Shown here in pieces: positions 1-21,963 of a stretch of 64,000 bases of DNA. The stretch lies in NCBI RefSeq assembly GCF_009914755.1, contig NC_060943.1; one strand, 5' to 3'. Numbering within the stretch: the stretch's first letter is position 1; every line of letters begins with the position of its first letter. The stretch is from the human T2T-CHM13v2.0 reference genome, Homo sapiens. The notes beneath the pieces were generated by a model. It did not search any database, was not told where the DNA came from, and was given only the letters and a program-made list of their open reading frames with translations. The position numbers and the translations under genes are program-made.

Positions 1-399
1 AACTTGGGCAGTGGTCTTGCAGGCATCTACTAGAAAAGTTCCTTCACCCTCAGATCTAACGTGCGGCTTTCCGCCTTACAAGCTGATGCTTCAAACCCTG
101 GGGGTCTCCATCAGTATCAGTCAATCTTAAAGAGAAAAACTCACCCTCTCTTTTAGTAAATACATACAATTTCGTCCTCCTCCATCTCTGGTCTGGAAAT
201 TCACATATGCTTCGCTTGGGGAGGGTTATAATCACCACTTTTGCCTCCAGAAACCCCCAACTGAACTGCTGCAACAGCTCACTGCTAGTCTCCCTGACGC
301 CAGGATGACTTTCTAATGGTCACCCTGATAAGTGAGCCTCCCCTGTTCCACAGTGAAAAAGGATGCCTGTAATTCTGCCTGCCTAGCATCCACTGCCCC

Positions 400-820
400 T
401 TCCTCAGCCAACAACACAACCCACTCTCCGTTAAGGGAGACCCCCCTTCTCCAGTCTCCTTCCGAGTGGGCATGAGACCTGGGGCCAGTGAGAATACCAC
501 ATTCCCTCGGCCACTGTAATTGGCTCAGAGACTGGCTCATAATCTCTGCTCAGCCAATCAGAAACAATGACCGTCAGCCCTTGGACTTCTGCTGGAATGG
601 TTGGGAAGGAGACACTCTCTTTCCCATGGTGTTGCTAAGTGAACGGAATGGGAGCCATGAACTATGGGGGGCCATCTTTGCTACCCTAAGGAAAGGGCCA
701 GAGAGTGAAACTAAAATGGAGAAACAAAGAGCTGAGAGATGGAGAAATGCAGATCCACGACCTGTACGCATTCATACCCCAACCCCAGACTTCTCGGTTT
801 TCGTTTCACAAAACAGAGAA
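400..820. mobile_element. Old ERVL-type solo LTR fragment (LTR16/LTR33-like) in a SYMPK intron
   Basis: Motifs GCCAATCAGA, GGCCATCTTTGCTACC and GAGCTGAGAGATGGAGA resemble LTR16-family consensus as I recall it; boundaries approximate. Confidence 0.5.
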
Positions 821-1100
821 AATGGTATGAGTCTCTGTGTACCCATCAACATTTCGCTAATCTTGGAACATCTATCCTCCCTTTTGGTGGGGGGAGAGGA
901 CTGGAATATTTGAAAGTATTTCACAGACATCATGTCATTTCACCCCCACATACCTCAATATTAAAGCCAGTCCTGAATCAAGTTTCTGTCACATGCCAAA
1001 AGATTCCTGTCTAATGTAGAGAATCTCAGGCCTGCCAGATGGATGACTAGCGCTCGGGGTCCACCACGGAGCTACATTTCTTTAAGAATGAGCAGGCTGA

Positions 1101-1459
<359 letters not shown>

Positions 1460-1463
1460 CTAC

Positions 1464-1634
1464 CATGCAGAGTTTCATAGGCCTGGATCACCTCAGACAT
1501 GAACATGGGTCTCTGGCGGGCGATATTGGCAAGGGAGCCCAGCGCTGTGGTCAGGTTGATGGAGGAGATGGCAGGGTGCACCATGAACTTAAGCAGCTGC
1601 TCCAAGGCTGCCTTGCCCTCTTCCCATAGCACGT
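1464..1634 (-). CDS. SYMPK: Symplekin exon 8 (171 nt); gene continues beyond the left edge
   Basis: AG acceptor (CT at 1635-36), GTAGG donor (CCTAC 1459-63); encodes (N)[16 protein letters not shown]...AYETLH; phase 1 in, phase 1 out. Confidence 0.97.
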
Positions 1635-1829
1635 CTAAGAGACAGAGAGGAGAACCAGTCAGTGGGATCCGTTTTCCCAGGCCTCTGGAGACAGCAGCTT
1701 TTGGGACTAAAAGGAAGGACAGATCCTGGTACCTAGATGTCTATGAATGGCGGGAAAAACAGAAAATGTGGTGGTTGATTAGTTCTATGAGACTATTAAT
1801 GAGTATAAAAATTTAGTTATAAGGGGCTA

Positions 1830-2248
<419 letters not shown>

Positions 2249-2315
2249 TTAAAACTTTGGTGGATATCTTTCCAGACCTTTCCTATACAGAAACATAACG
2301 AATGCCATATATATG

Positions 2316-3360
2316 TTTTTAACTTAAAAAATTTTAATGGGTATATAGTAGGTGTAAATAATTATGGGGTACATGAGATTTTGATACAGGCATGCAATGC
2401 ATAATTATCACCATCAGGGTAAATGGGGTCTCCATCACAAGCATTTATCCGTTTTGTTACACACAATCCAATTATACTATTTCAATTATTTTAAAATGTA
2501 TGATTATTTTTTAGTATAGTTACCCTGCTGTGCTATCAAATACTGGATCTTTTTTTTTTTCCCTGAGATGGGGTCTCACTCTGTCACCCAGAGTGGAAAG
2601 CAGTGGCGTGATCTCGGCTCACTGCAACCTCCACCACCCAGACTCAGGTGATCCTCTCAACTCAGCCTCCTGAGCTGCTGAGACCACAGGCACATGCCAC
2701 CATGCTTGGCTATCAAATACTAGATCTTATTTGTTCTAACTATTTTTTTGTACCCATTAACCATTCCCACTTCCTCCCCAACCGCCCATTACCCTTTTCA
2801 GCCTCTGGTAACCATCATTCTACCGTCTGTCTCCATGAGTTCAATTGTTTTCATTTCTAGCTCTCACAAATAAGTGAGAACATGCAAAGTTGTCTTTCGG
2901 TGCCTGGCTTATTTCACTTAATGACTTCCACTTCCATCCATGTTGTTGCAAATGACAGGATCTCCTTCTTTTTTATGGCTGAATAGTATTCAATTGTGTA
3001 TGAGTACCACATTTTCTTTATCTATTACTCTGTTGATGAATACTTAGTTTGCTCCGAAGTCTTGGCTATTCTGACTAGTGCTGCAATGAATATGGAAGTG
3101 CGGGTTATCTTTTTGATACAGTGATTTCCTTTATTTCGGTTACATATCCAGCAGTGGGATTGCTGAATCATATGGTAGCTCAATTTTTAATTTTTTGAGG
3201 AACCTCAAAACTCCAAACAATTTTTAGGCTGTAGTAAGTGACATTCTCACCAACAGTGTACAAGTGTTTCCCTTTCTCCACATCCTCGCCAGCATTTGTT
3301 GTCTTTTTGATAAAAGTCACTTTAACTGGGGTGAGACATTTCATTGTAGTTTTGACTTGA
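2316..3360 (-). mobile_element. L1 3' end fragment (L1MA-like), interrupted at ~2550-2710 by a truncated Alu arm
   Basis: Typical L1 3' UTR text (TATGGCTGAATAGTATT, GCTTATTTCACTTAA); Alu arm flanked by duplication CTATCAAATACT(G/A)GATCT. Confidence 0.85.
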
Positions 3361-3388
3361 ACGCCACATTATTTAAAATAGTGAATTA

Positions 3389-3704
<316 letters not shown>

Positions 3705-4231
3705 TCAACAGAGCATTGCTTAATAGAATGTAATGTAACTATACTATGGAATATGGTATAGCAACTATATGATTCTCACAGGGAAGGACGTCACTGATAC
3801 TATTAAGTCAAAAAGGCTGTCAAACAATACATAAGAATAGTTAATATTTATGGAATGTTTACTATTCCAGCCATATTAATACACCAAATGCTCATACCTA
3901 CATCCTAAATTAGATGCCATAATAACGATCCCCAATTTACCAATGAGGAATCAGGCTCAGAGACAAGGGAAAATAGGCTGTGTGTCAGACACAAGCTACT
4001 ATAATGTCTCTGAGATGAAAACACAAAGCATGGCCTCATTTTTGCAAACAGAAAAGCAAACAAATGCAGACACTATGCATATACACATACAAATACCTAC
4101 ATGTGCACAGGAAAGATCTGAAAGGAAACATAATACTCTTAACAGTGTTTATCTCTGGAAAGCAGGACTGAGGGAGGGGACATTATTCCTTTTGATTCAC
4201 CCATATTGCTTGACACCAAGTGTATATATAG

Positions 4232-4920
<689 letters not shown>

Positions 4921-5067
4921 TCACTACAAACCTGTGAGAGTGGTACTATGTTATCGTCTCCAATTTACAAAAAAGAAAATGAAGTACAGAGACAGGTAAC
5001 TTGCCCAAGTTCATGATGAGTAAGCAGTGCAGCTGGGATCTGAACCTAGCACCAGGGATCTTAACTA

Positions 5068-5496
<429 letters not shown>

Positions 5497-6136
5497 TCAC
5501 CAACACCCTCTGCCAATACCCAGAGAACCATGAATGATGAATACATTCATTTGGTTAACAGTTACTGAGTTCCAACTCTGCCCCAGCCCAGTGCTCGGTG
5601 ATGCTGGAGACAGGACTGAGTAGTGGCCAGGCCTCGCCCTGCCCTCATGGGGATGCAGAGAGTGACCACTCAGTGTGATGAAGGCACACATCTTCAGGGT
5701 AAAGGACTAACAGTGCTGACTTCACAAGGTGGTGGTGATTAAATGGATTCATTCGTTTTATTAATGCTAATGTACATCACACCATAGAGTGTTCTTTTCC
5801 TATCACACTCCATAATCAATATTTATGTGATTCATTAATTAAGGTCTACCTCCCTCCTTGGGTTATGAGCACTGTGAAGGCAGTAAGCTGTCTTGGTCAC
5901 TGCTGTGTCCCCAGCATCACCTAGCCCAGGGCTAAGCACAGAGGACATACTCAGGGAATGTCTGTTGAGTGAATAAACGGATGGTCAATGGAAGGAATGA
6001 AGGTTAAGTGCAACTTCCTGACCTAGGAGACAACGTTAGCTCTCCATGTTATCTGTTCCCACAGACCAGTGGCACATCTTGCCCATAAAGAGTATGCTCG
6101 GATGCTGGTTTTGAACCCCAACATATTAGTTTGTCA

Positions 6137-6352
<216 letters not shown>

Positions 6353-7185
6353 TTAGAGCAAGTAGGAGGAGCCTGAGGTCCAGGAGGGAAGGGAAATCAG
6401 GGACCTGTCTCAGGGGACCGGAATGGCACATCCAGAAGCTGGGAACAGTGCTTGGTGCCTCCAGACTGAGCCGCCCCTGAACCCTCTATCTAGACTGGTC
6501 CTGTAACACCAACTCCTTTGCTCTCTCAGGGCCCTGCTGTTCACATAAGGGACAGTAGGGGCAGACAACTGTGTGAATTTGGACAAGCGACTTCACCTCA
6601 TTTAGAATAATAGTATCTATCCAATTGTTTATGCAATTTTTTGGGAAAATTGCAACAATACTTGTAAAGTGCTTAGAAGAGTGCCTGACATGCAGAAAGC
6701 ATTCAGTAAACACCAAAAAGCATTCGGTAAACACCAGCCATTGCTACTTTAAAGCACTTTGTTTTCTGTAATCACTAGTTTTGCTTGCCTCAGTCTGAGG
6801 GCTCAAAAAGTAGGGACCCTTTCCTAGCTTGGCAATAACCCCAGCAGGGTCATTTTCATTGAAGAAAAAAATGAAGGGCCTCCAACAAATGTTCAATGAA
6901 TAAATAGGAGCTCAGCACAGAATTTTCACAGCATACATTACAATCTGAAATATTAATTAAATCAGTCAAAAAATATGAAACTTAGCTGTCAGCTACATGA
7001 AGGCAGGAATAATACGTTTTTGCTCACTGCTATACTACAGCCTAACATGGATGCCTGGTACGACAGCAGTCACATGGTATGTATTTGCTGAATGGACTTT
7101 TTACAAATTCAGAAAATTTACCACAAATTCTCCCAGTAAATGGGGAGATAGGATATTTGGGTTCTGGCATTGCAGACATGAGTTA

Positions 7186-7478
<293 letters not shown>

Positions 7479-8099
7479 TCAAAACAAAAACAAAAACAAA
7501 AACAAAAAAAAACAACAACAGAAAACAAAATTAGCTGGGTGTGGTGGCAGGCACCTGTAATCCCAGATACTCGGGGGGGCTGAGGGAGGACAATCACTTG
7601 ACTCAGGAGGCAGAGGTTGTAGTCAGCCGAGATTGCACCACTGCACCCCAGTCTGGCCGACAGAGTGAGATTCCATCTCAAAAAAATAATAAATAAATAA
7701 AATCCCAGCCTTGCCACATTCTGGCTGTGTGACCTTAAGAAAATTCACTTCACCTCTCTGAGACTGTTTTCTCTTCAGTTAAAGGGTCAAACAACTGATC
7801 CATAGTATTACGAATAATGAAGCTGCTCAAGCATTTAATACAGTGCCTTACAAACAAATATTTAATACACAGTAGCTAGTCTACTTCCTCCCAGTCACAA
7901 AGCATCCAGTAAAGCTTTAATAAACAAATGAGCAAGTGACCAGCTTGAACAAGTCACTTGACCATTCTGAGCCTGTTTCCCTTTCTGTAAAAAGAGGATA
8001 ACCACAGTATCCATCGAGGCTGCCATAATTACGGAGATAACACGGGAAAGGACCTGACACAGCGCAGGGCACAGTACGTGTTCCATGTGGTGACTGTTA

Positions 8100-8620
8100 T
8101 GTTCAACTCATTCACGTGTGCAACAAATACGTAGTCAGCCCCTACTAGGTGACAACACTGCTCCAGGCAGGTACTGGGGACAAAGTGGCCAGCAAGACAG
8201 AAAAAGTCAAGCCCCGTCCTCACAGAGCTGATATTTTGCGGGAAGAATCAAGGTTATTTCAATGAGTGAGGAACACTGTAAAGAACAGTGAAGGTGGGGT
8301 GCCTGAGACATGGGGCTGCATGGGAGCGGGCAGGAAGGAATTTCTGAGGAAGAGACCTGAGGGAAGGGAGGGGAGAGCCAGGTGGCAACCTGGGGACGAG
8401 GGCCCCTAGCAGGAACAGCAAGCAGACAGGCTGCGAAATCCAACTGTGACTTCTGAGGAGCAGGGGAGACAGAGAGGATCAGAAGTGAGATGAAGCCGAA
8501 GTGAGAGTTTGGGTTTCCACCTAAGTAAGCTGATGAGCCAGCTGGGGTCTGAGAGCAGGGGTGTGCCAAGACTGATTTACATTTAACAGCGTCACTCTGG
8601 CTGCTGAGTGCAAGAGTGGA
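8100..8620. mobile_element. Degenerate L2 fragment
   Basis: ACTCATTCA...CAACAAATAC...CCCTACTAGG and later ACTCTGGCTGCTG pattern typical of L2 3' ends; boundaries approximate. Confidence 0.55.
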
Positions 8621-8709
8621 AGCGGGAAATGAGTGCGGTGATTCCTCTTTGGGGGATGAAATGCCCTGGAACGAGATTGTGAACGTGCTAAATGCCACTC
8701 ACTTGTTCA

Positions 8710-8844
<135 letters not shown>

Positions 8845-9013
8845 CTACTAAAAATACAAAAATTAGCCAGGCATGGTGGCACGCACCTGTAATCCCAGCT
8901 ATTCAAGGAGGCTGAGGCACAAGAATCTCTTGAGCCTGGGAGGTGGAGGTTGTAATGAGCCAAGATTGCACCACTGTACTCCAGCCTGGACAACAGAGCA
9001 AAACTCAGTCTCA

Positions 9014-9334
<321 letters not shown>

Positions 9335-9746
9335 TTAAAAAAAAAAGCTAATTTTGTTATATGAATTTCAATTTAACTAAAAAGAAAAAGAAGGGAGCCA
9401 GAGAGAGACCACTGAAGTCATCAGGTAGGAGGAAAGGGTGGCTTGGGCCTGCATAGTGGCAGAGGAAGTGATTGACAAACGGTCAGATGCTACAGATATT
9501 CTCAAAGTGGAGCCCACAGTCCTTAGTGATAATGTAGATGTGAAGTGTGGAAGAAGCAGAGGAATCACAGATGACCCCAGGGTTTCCATCTTATTAAGTA
9601 TTTGCTGGGGAATCAGTGTGTATGAGAGAGAGAAAGGGTCTGGGAAGCAGAGGGCAGGCCTCTCAGTGGTGGCCTCCAGGCCAGGCCACGAGCTGAAGGC
9701 TGCCACCAGTGAGAATGCTCCCGGGGCTCCGTGCCTCGCCCCATAC

Positions 9747-9820
9747 CATGCCTCCTCGATGAAGCCGATGACAAATTTTCGCACTTCGATTGACTTGTCT
9801 GCTTGGAATGCGATGATCTC
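9747..9820 (-). CDS. SYMPK: Symplekin exon 5 (74 nt)
   Basis: CAG acceptor, GTATG donor; EIIAFQADKSIEVRKFVIGFIEEA + 2 nt. Confidence 0.97.
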
Positions 9821-9916
9821 CTGCCAATGTTAGAGAGAAAGTGGATCAGGGCTACACAAGGATCCACATCCCCTTTCCCCTACACCACACCCCTTTCTCT
9901 TCTGTCAGTCACTCAC

Positions 9917-9970
9917 ATCCAGGAAGTTGTCCAGTAGTGTGGGGTCTTTGTTGATGATCAGCTCCTGGAC
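9917..9970 (-). CDS. SYMPK: Symplekin exon 4 (54 nt)
   Basis: CAG acceptor, GTGAG donor; VQELIINKDPTLLDNFLD. Confidence 0.97.
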
Positions 9971-11609
9971 CTGGAAGGAGATTGGGGGTGGGGAGGAGGA
10001 ATACCCATATAAAACGAGGGGCCAATCAATGCAGACAGGAGAGTAGAGGGGAAGACAGCAGAGGGCTAGGCAGCAGATACACTCATTTCAATGCCTGGCT
10101 CTGCTTCTCCCTACCAAGGGTGCTATGCTCTGGGCATGGTCTCTGAACCTCAGTTTGCTCTTCTATAAAATGAGACTCTTAAACATCAACTCAAAAGGGA
10201 TGTTAGGAGGCTACAATGAGATCCTACAAGGCACAGGTCCTGGTAGATAGTGAGGACATGACACAGGAGGGGGCTGAAAAAAAGAGGAAAGTGCCCCAAG
10301 GCTCAGGCCTTCCTGAGGTTTGGCCTCCATTCACCTGTCCATCAGTTCTCCCCACTCTCCTTCTGCTTCTGCTCCCTACTTCACATTGCCATGATTCAGC
10401 AAACATCTTCACAGTGAGAACCCAATTCCTGAAGCCCTTGTGCCTGCCAGGCTCTTTGGAGTAAGCCCTTCCCATGGACATCCTCCAATAAGCAAAGAGC
10501 TGGCACAGGACCTGGCTGCTACAACTCAAGCTACTATTGCTAAACGGCCTCATGACCACCCATGGGGGAGGCACCAGGTGCATCCACTCCACCTCGGAGG
10601 TGGGGCTACTCCACAAGGCTACAGGCTGATGAAGGAGCCGAACGGGTTCTCACACAGGAATGCTAACCCTGCCAGTCTCTGAACTCCAACTGCCTCCTGC
10701 TCTGAACCATGCCCAGCCCAAGTGTCCCATGTCGTCTTCTGCCTTTGCACACACTTCTGTGCCCTCAGCTTGACATGCTCTCCCTCTCTTGGCTGGGCAC
10801 GGTGGCTCGTGCCTGTAATCCCAGCAGTTTGCGGGGGCCAAGGAGGGTGGACCACTTGAGCTCACGAGTTTGAGACCAGCCTGGTCAACATGGTGAAACG
10901 CGTCTCTACTAAAAATACAAAAATTAGCCAGGCATGGTGGCAGGTGCCTGTAATCTCAGCTACTCAAGAGGCTGAGGCAGGAGTTGCAGTGAGAGCCAGG
11001 ATCGTGCCATGGCACTCCAGCCTGGGCAACAGAGCAAGACTCTGCCTCAAAAAAAAAAAAAAAAGAGATGCTCTGCCTCTCTCATTTGGTACACTTCTCT
11101 CCTTTTATCCTCCATGGCTTGGTTCAAAAGTCCTCCCTGACTCCCCATCCCTAGGCTGGGTCAGGAGCTCCCTCTGGGCTCCCAGAGCCCCCCTGGGCTC
11201 CCTTCTCCATCCCAGCCCTGCCCACACTGGGTCATCATTGCCTGGTGACAGGAATGTCTGCCCCACTGGACTGGACACTGGCAGAGAAGAAATGCAATGA
11301 TGAAGAGTGTAGGATTTGGAGCTGGAATCCAGGATTCAATTACTAGTTCAGCCAGCTCCCAGCAGAGTGACCCTGGGCTAATAATTTAAGCCCCGGGGTC
11401 TGCTTCTTTCTGTATAAAACAGGGATGAAACTACCCTGCCTTACAGAGCTTTCATGAGAACTAGAAGAGCAGAGGCCTGCACTGAGCACTGTGGCCGGCA
11501 CACACTGAGTGTGTAAATGTGGACACTGGTGTTACTGCAAGTGTCTTTCTCAGGTTCCCAGCCTCCTCCCTTTCACCTGCTCAGCCCAGGATGCCCCCCG
11601 GGCCCTCAC

Positions 11610-11675
11610 CTGTTTGAGCACTGTGATCTTTGAGTCATTGGTGATCAGCGCCGCCTGGTTCAGAAGATCCACCAC
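11610..11675 (-). CDS. SYMPK: Symplekin exon 3 (66 nt)
   Basis: CAG acceptor, GTGAG donor; [22 protein letters not shown]. Confidence 0.97.
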
Positions 11676-11825
11676 CTGGAAGGAGGGGGAGTGGCAGGGG
11701 ATAGTGCCAGCCCAGTCCAGCCCAGTGCAGCCCCCTCGGCACTCCCAGGGCTCTGCCACCTAAACAGGGATTGCCAAAGCCAGGGGCTATGCTTCCTCAC
11801 TCCAAGCCCTACCCGCCACGCTCAC

Positions 11826-11930
11826 CCTCTCTGAGGTGGTCATGCCATCGATGCCCGGCCCCTCCTCTTGAGTGAAAAACTGTGATGCCACGCTCCGACG
11901 GGTGACGCTGTCTCCACTGCCGCTCGCCAT
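11826..11930 (-). CDS. SYMPK: Symplekin exon 2 coding part with start codon (exon probably begins at 11942)
   Basis: GCAGCCATGG Kozak at 11930; MASGSGDSVTRRSVASQFFTQEEGPGIDGMTTSER; GTGAG donor. Confidence 0.97.
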
Positions 11931-12310
11931 GGCTGCTGTCAGCTTGTCCCCAGGAAAGAAGAGGATGGATCAAGCTCAGGGAACCAGCGGATGGGCTGGG
12001 CTGGATTGTCACCCGAACACCTACAAAGGGCCCAAGCCTCCTTCCCAGGCTGTTCCTCCCCAGTCAGGCCTTCTCAAGTCCCTCTCCCCTCCAGGGTCTG
12101 TCTCTGGCTTATGGATATGTGCACGGGGCCTGTAACTTGGGGGAGACTGACATCTCCCAAGGCAGAGCCAGAAGTCTCAGCCTCAAGTGGGCCAACCACA
12201 AACAGCTGCTGAACGATGGGCCACATGAACGTGCAACAGCCACCTTGCAGGTCTCCGTGTGTCCCCTCTCTCCATCTGGGATATGCTTTGGACTGGGCAC
12301 CACAGCAAAC

Positions 12311-19490
<7,180 letters not shown>

Positions 19491-20495
19491 AAAGCATATA
19501 CAATAAACACCAACCTCCACTTCACTTGTTTTCCCTTAATATATGTTGGAGGCCACTATATCAGTGTATAGAGATTTTCATCATTTCCTTTTATCTACCT
19601 CATTCCTTTTTAGAGTTGCATAGTATTTTTTATGTGGATGTATTATAGTTTCTTTCAGCCAATCTTCTTATTTAAGAACATTTGGGATGCGTGTAGCCTT
19701 TTGCTATGATGAACAGTATCACTGTTTCCCCTTCCCTCTCGATGTACTCGTTAAGAAGTGGTACCCTGCCCCACTGCTACCTAGGAATCTGATGACTACC
19801 CTGTTTCCCCAAACTGGCTCTAGGAGTATCTTTTATTCCTTCAACGAACATTAGCTGGGCGTCTCCGGCGTGATTGGCGCTGTGCTGAGAACACAGTGGC
19901 GACAGAGACAAACCTAGTCCCTACCTTCATGGAACACACGGTCATAGACATCATAAAACAGCACACAGATAAGAGTCGGATAACAAATTAGACCACACGT
20001 GACATGAAGGAACACGGACCGACAAAAGCATTTAACAGGCGGATTTCTGGATGGAGGGCAGGGAAGGAGGGCTTCGCAGAGGAAGTGACGTTGGTGCCGA
20101 GACCCGAAGGATGAAATGGGAGTTAGCCAAGCCGAATGGGTAAAAGGATGTTGCAGGCAGAAGGGACAGCCTGTGCAAAATCCCCGAAGCGGGAAAGCGC
20201 ATGGCAAGTTTAAGGAACCGAAAGGCCAGGGCGGCTGTTAGAGGTGGGGGAAAAAGCAAAGAGGCCGAGTCGAAGCAAGCGAGGTCTGCGGGGCGGTGGC
20301 GCCCGGGGGGCCACGTTGGAACTTTGCCTCGAGGGCACTAGGGAGCCAAGGAAGGGTCCTGAGCAAGGGAAGAAACATGGGTCGCGAAAGCCACTGTTCC
20401 CCTCTCCCCACGGCGATGCCCTCCCCGCCCGAGCCCCTGCTTCTTTAGGAGCCTCCTCCTTTCGTCTCCGGGCCCAAACGCCGCCTCCCGCTCAC

Positions 20496-20590
20496 CGCAG
20501 CTCTGGCCTCCGTTCCCCTCGCGCCCCCTCAGCAGTGCCTCTTCCTACACTCCGCCGCCGCCGCCGCCGCCATCTTCCGTTCGTCGCCGG
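20496..20590 (-). other. SYMPK: SYMPK non-coding exon 1 (5' end approximate)
   Basis: CTGCG|GTGAG donor at 20496/20495 in a CpG island, downstream of ZNF143-type motifs; YY1/TISU motif GAAGATGGCGGC. Confidence 0.85.
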
Positions 20591-20830
20591 GAACGGTGCG
20601 CACGCGCCACACACCCAGGGCCGCCGGGAAATGGAGTCCAGAGCACAGCCCGACCCCGCCCATGCCTCGTCCCGTGCGAGCGGCATTCTGCCCGCCTCCA
20701 TACTACGGCGAGCAGACCCTTCATTTCCGGCTCTGGGTCCGGCTAGGCCTTCTGGGAAATGTAGTCCCTTCGGAGGCACCGGGCGGAAAGGGAGCTAGAG
20801 CATTCTGGGAAATGGAGTTCTCAGTGGTGC
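20590..20830 (-). promoter_or_regulatory. SYMPK TATA-less CpG-island promoter with three ZNF143/THAP11 (SBS)-type motifs
   Basis: Minus-strand GGACTCCATTTCCCGGCGGC (20620-39), GGACTACATTTCCCAGAAGGC (20747-67), GAACTCCATTTCCCAGAATGC (20800-20). Confidence 0.8.
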
Positions 20831-20967
20831 TGAGTCCCTGGACGGCTGGCTGGTCTTGGAGAGTGCGGAGTTCGGGCAGCGAAGCTCCTGGGTCTTGGAG
20901 GGGAGGTGGTCTGTTGCCCTAGTGGGGTCTGCGGAGAGGCCCCGATCCCCTCCATCTTTGTTCTTGA

Positions 20968-21312
<345 letters not shown>

Positions 21313-21639
21313 AAGTTAAGCATTTCTAGCCGTCGGAAGCCTCAGTCTTCCTGTCTGTCCAATGGGGATGTGATTTCGGGGACCTCTTACGGGTCCTTGT
21401 AGTCGCATAGTGGCCCTAGCGTTCTGATTCCCCTTTCTTCCGCCACGGTCATGCAGGGCTCTGGCTCTTCGTCCTCTCCTGCCGAGATGATGAAGCCCCC
21501 TGAGGTAGAAAGGCTCCAGAGTTCTGACCTCGGGGCCCTTGGTATCTGCAGCGTCGCTGCGGGCAGCTCCCTCACTCCTGAATCACCCCCAGCTGTCGCG
21601 TCCTGGGGCTGCGGCCCCCGGCGCCTGAGGTCTGTCTCC

Positions 21640-21770
21640 TGGCGATCCCGCAGGGGGCGCCCCAGTCCGAGCGCGCCGCCCTCGGGGAGGCGGGAGGGGA
21701 GCCCGGGGCGGGCGAGGGCGGGGGTGTCCCGGCTATAAAGCGTGGCCGCCTCCCGCGGCGCTCGGGACAG
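21640..21770 (+). promoter_or_regulatory. FOXA3: FOXA3 promoter: CTCF-like motif, GC boxes and TATA box (TATAAA 21734-21739)
   Basis: GGGGCGGG and GGGCGGGG boxes precede GCTATAAAG about 160 bp upstream of the ATG. Confidence 0.85.
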
Positions 21771-21894
21771 CCGTACCCCGGGCGGTCGGACGGGCGGGCG
21801 CCGGTGGGAGCTCGGGCCGTGCCCGCTGAGAGATCCAGAGCGCTCCGTTCCCCCGGGGCCGGAGCGGGGGCGGGTGGGGGCGTAAGCCCGGGGG

Positions 21895-21963
21895 ATGCTG
21901 GGCTCAGTGAAGATGGAGGCCCATGACCTGGCCGAGTGGAGCTACTACCCGGAGGCGGGCGAG
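21895..21963 (+). CDS. FOXA3: Forkhead box A3 (HNF3-gamma) exon 1 coding part
   Basis: MLGSVKMEAHDLAEWSYYPEAGE, a FOXA-family N-terminus; GAG|GTGTGT donor. Confidence 0.98.
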
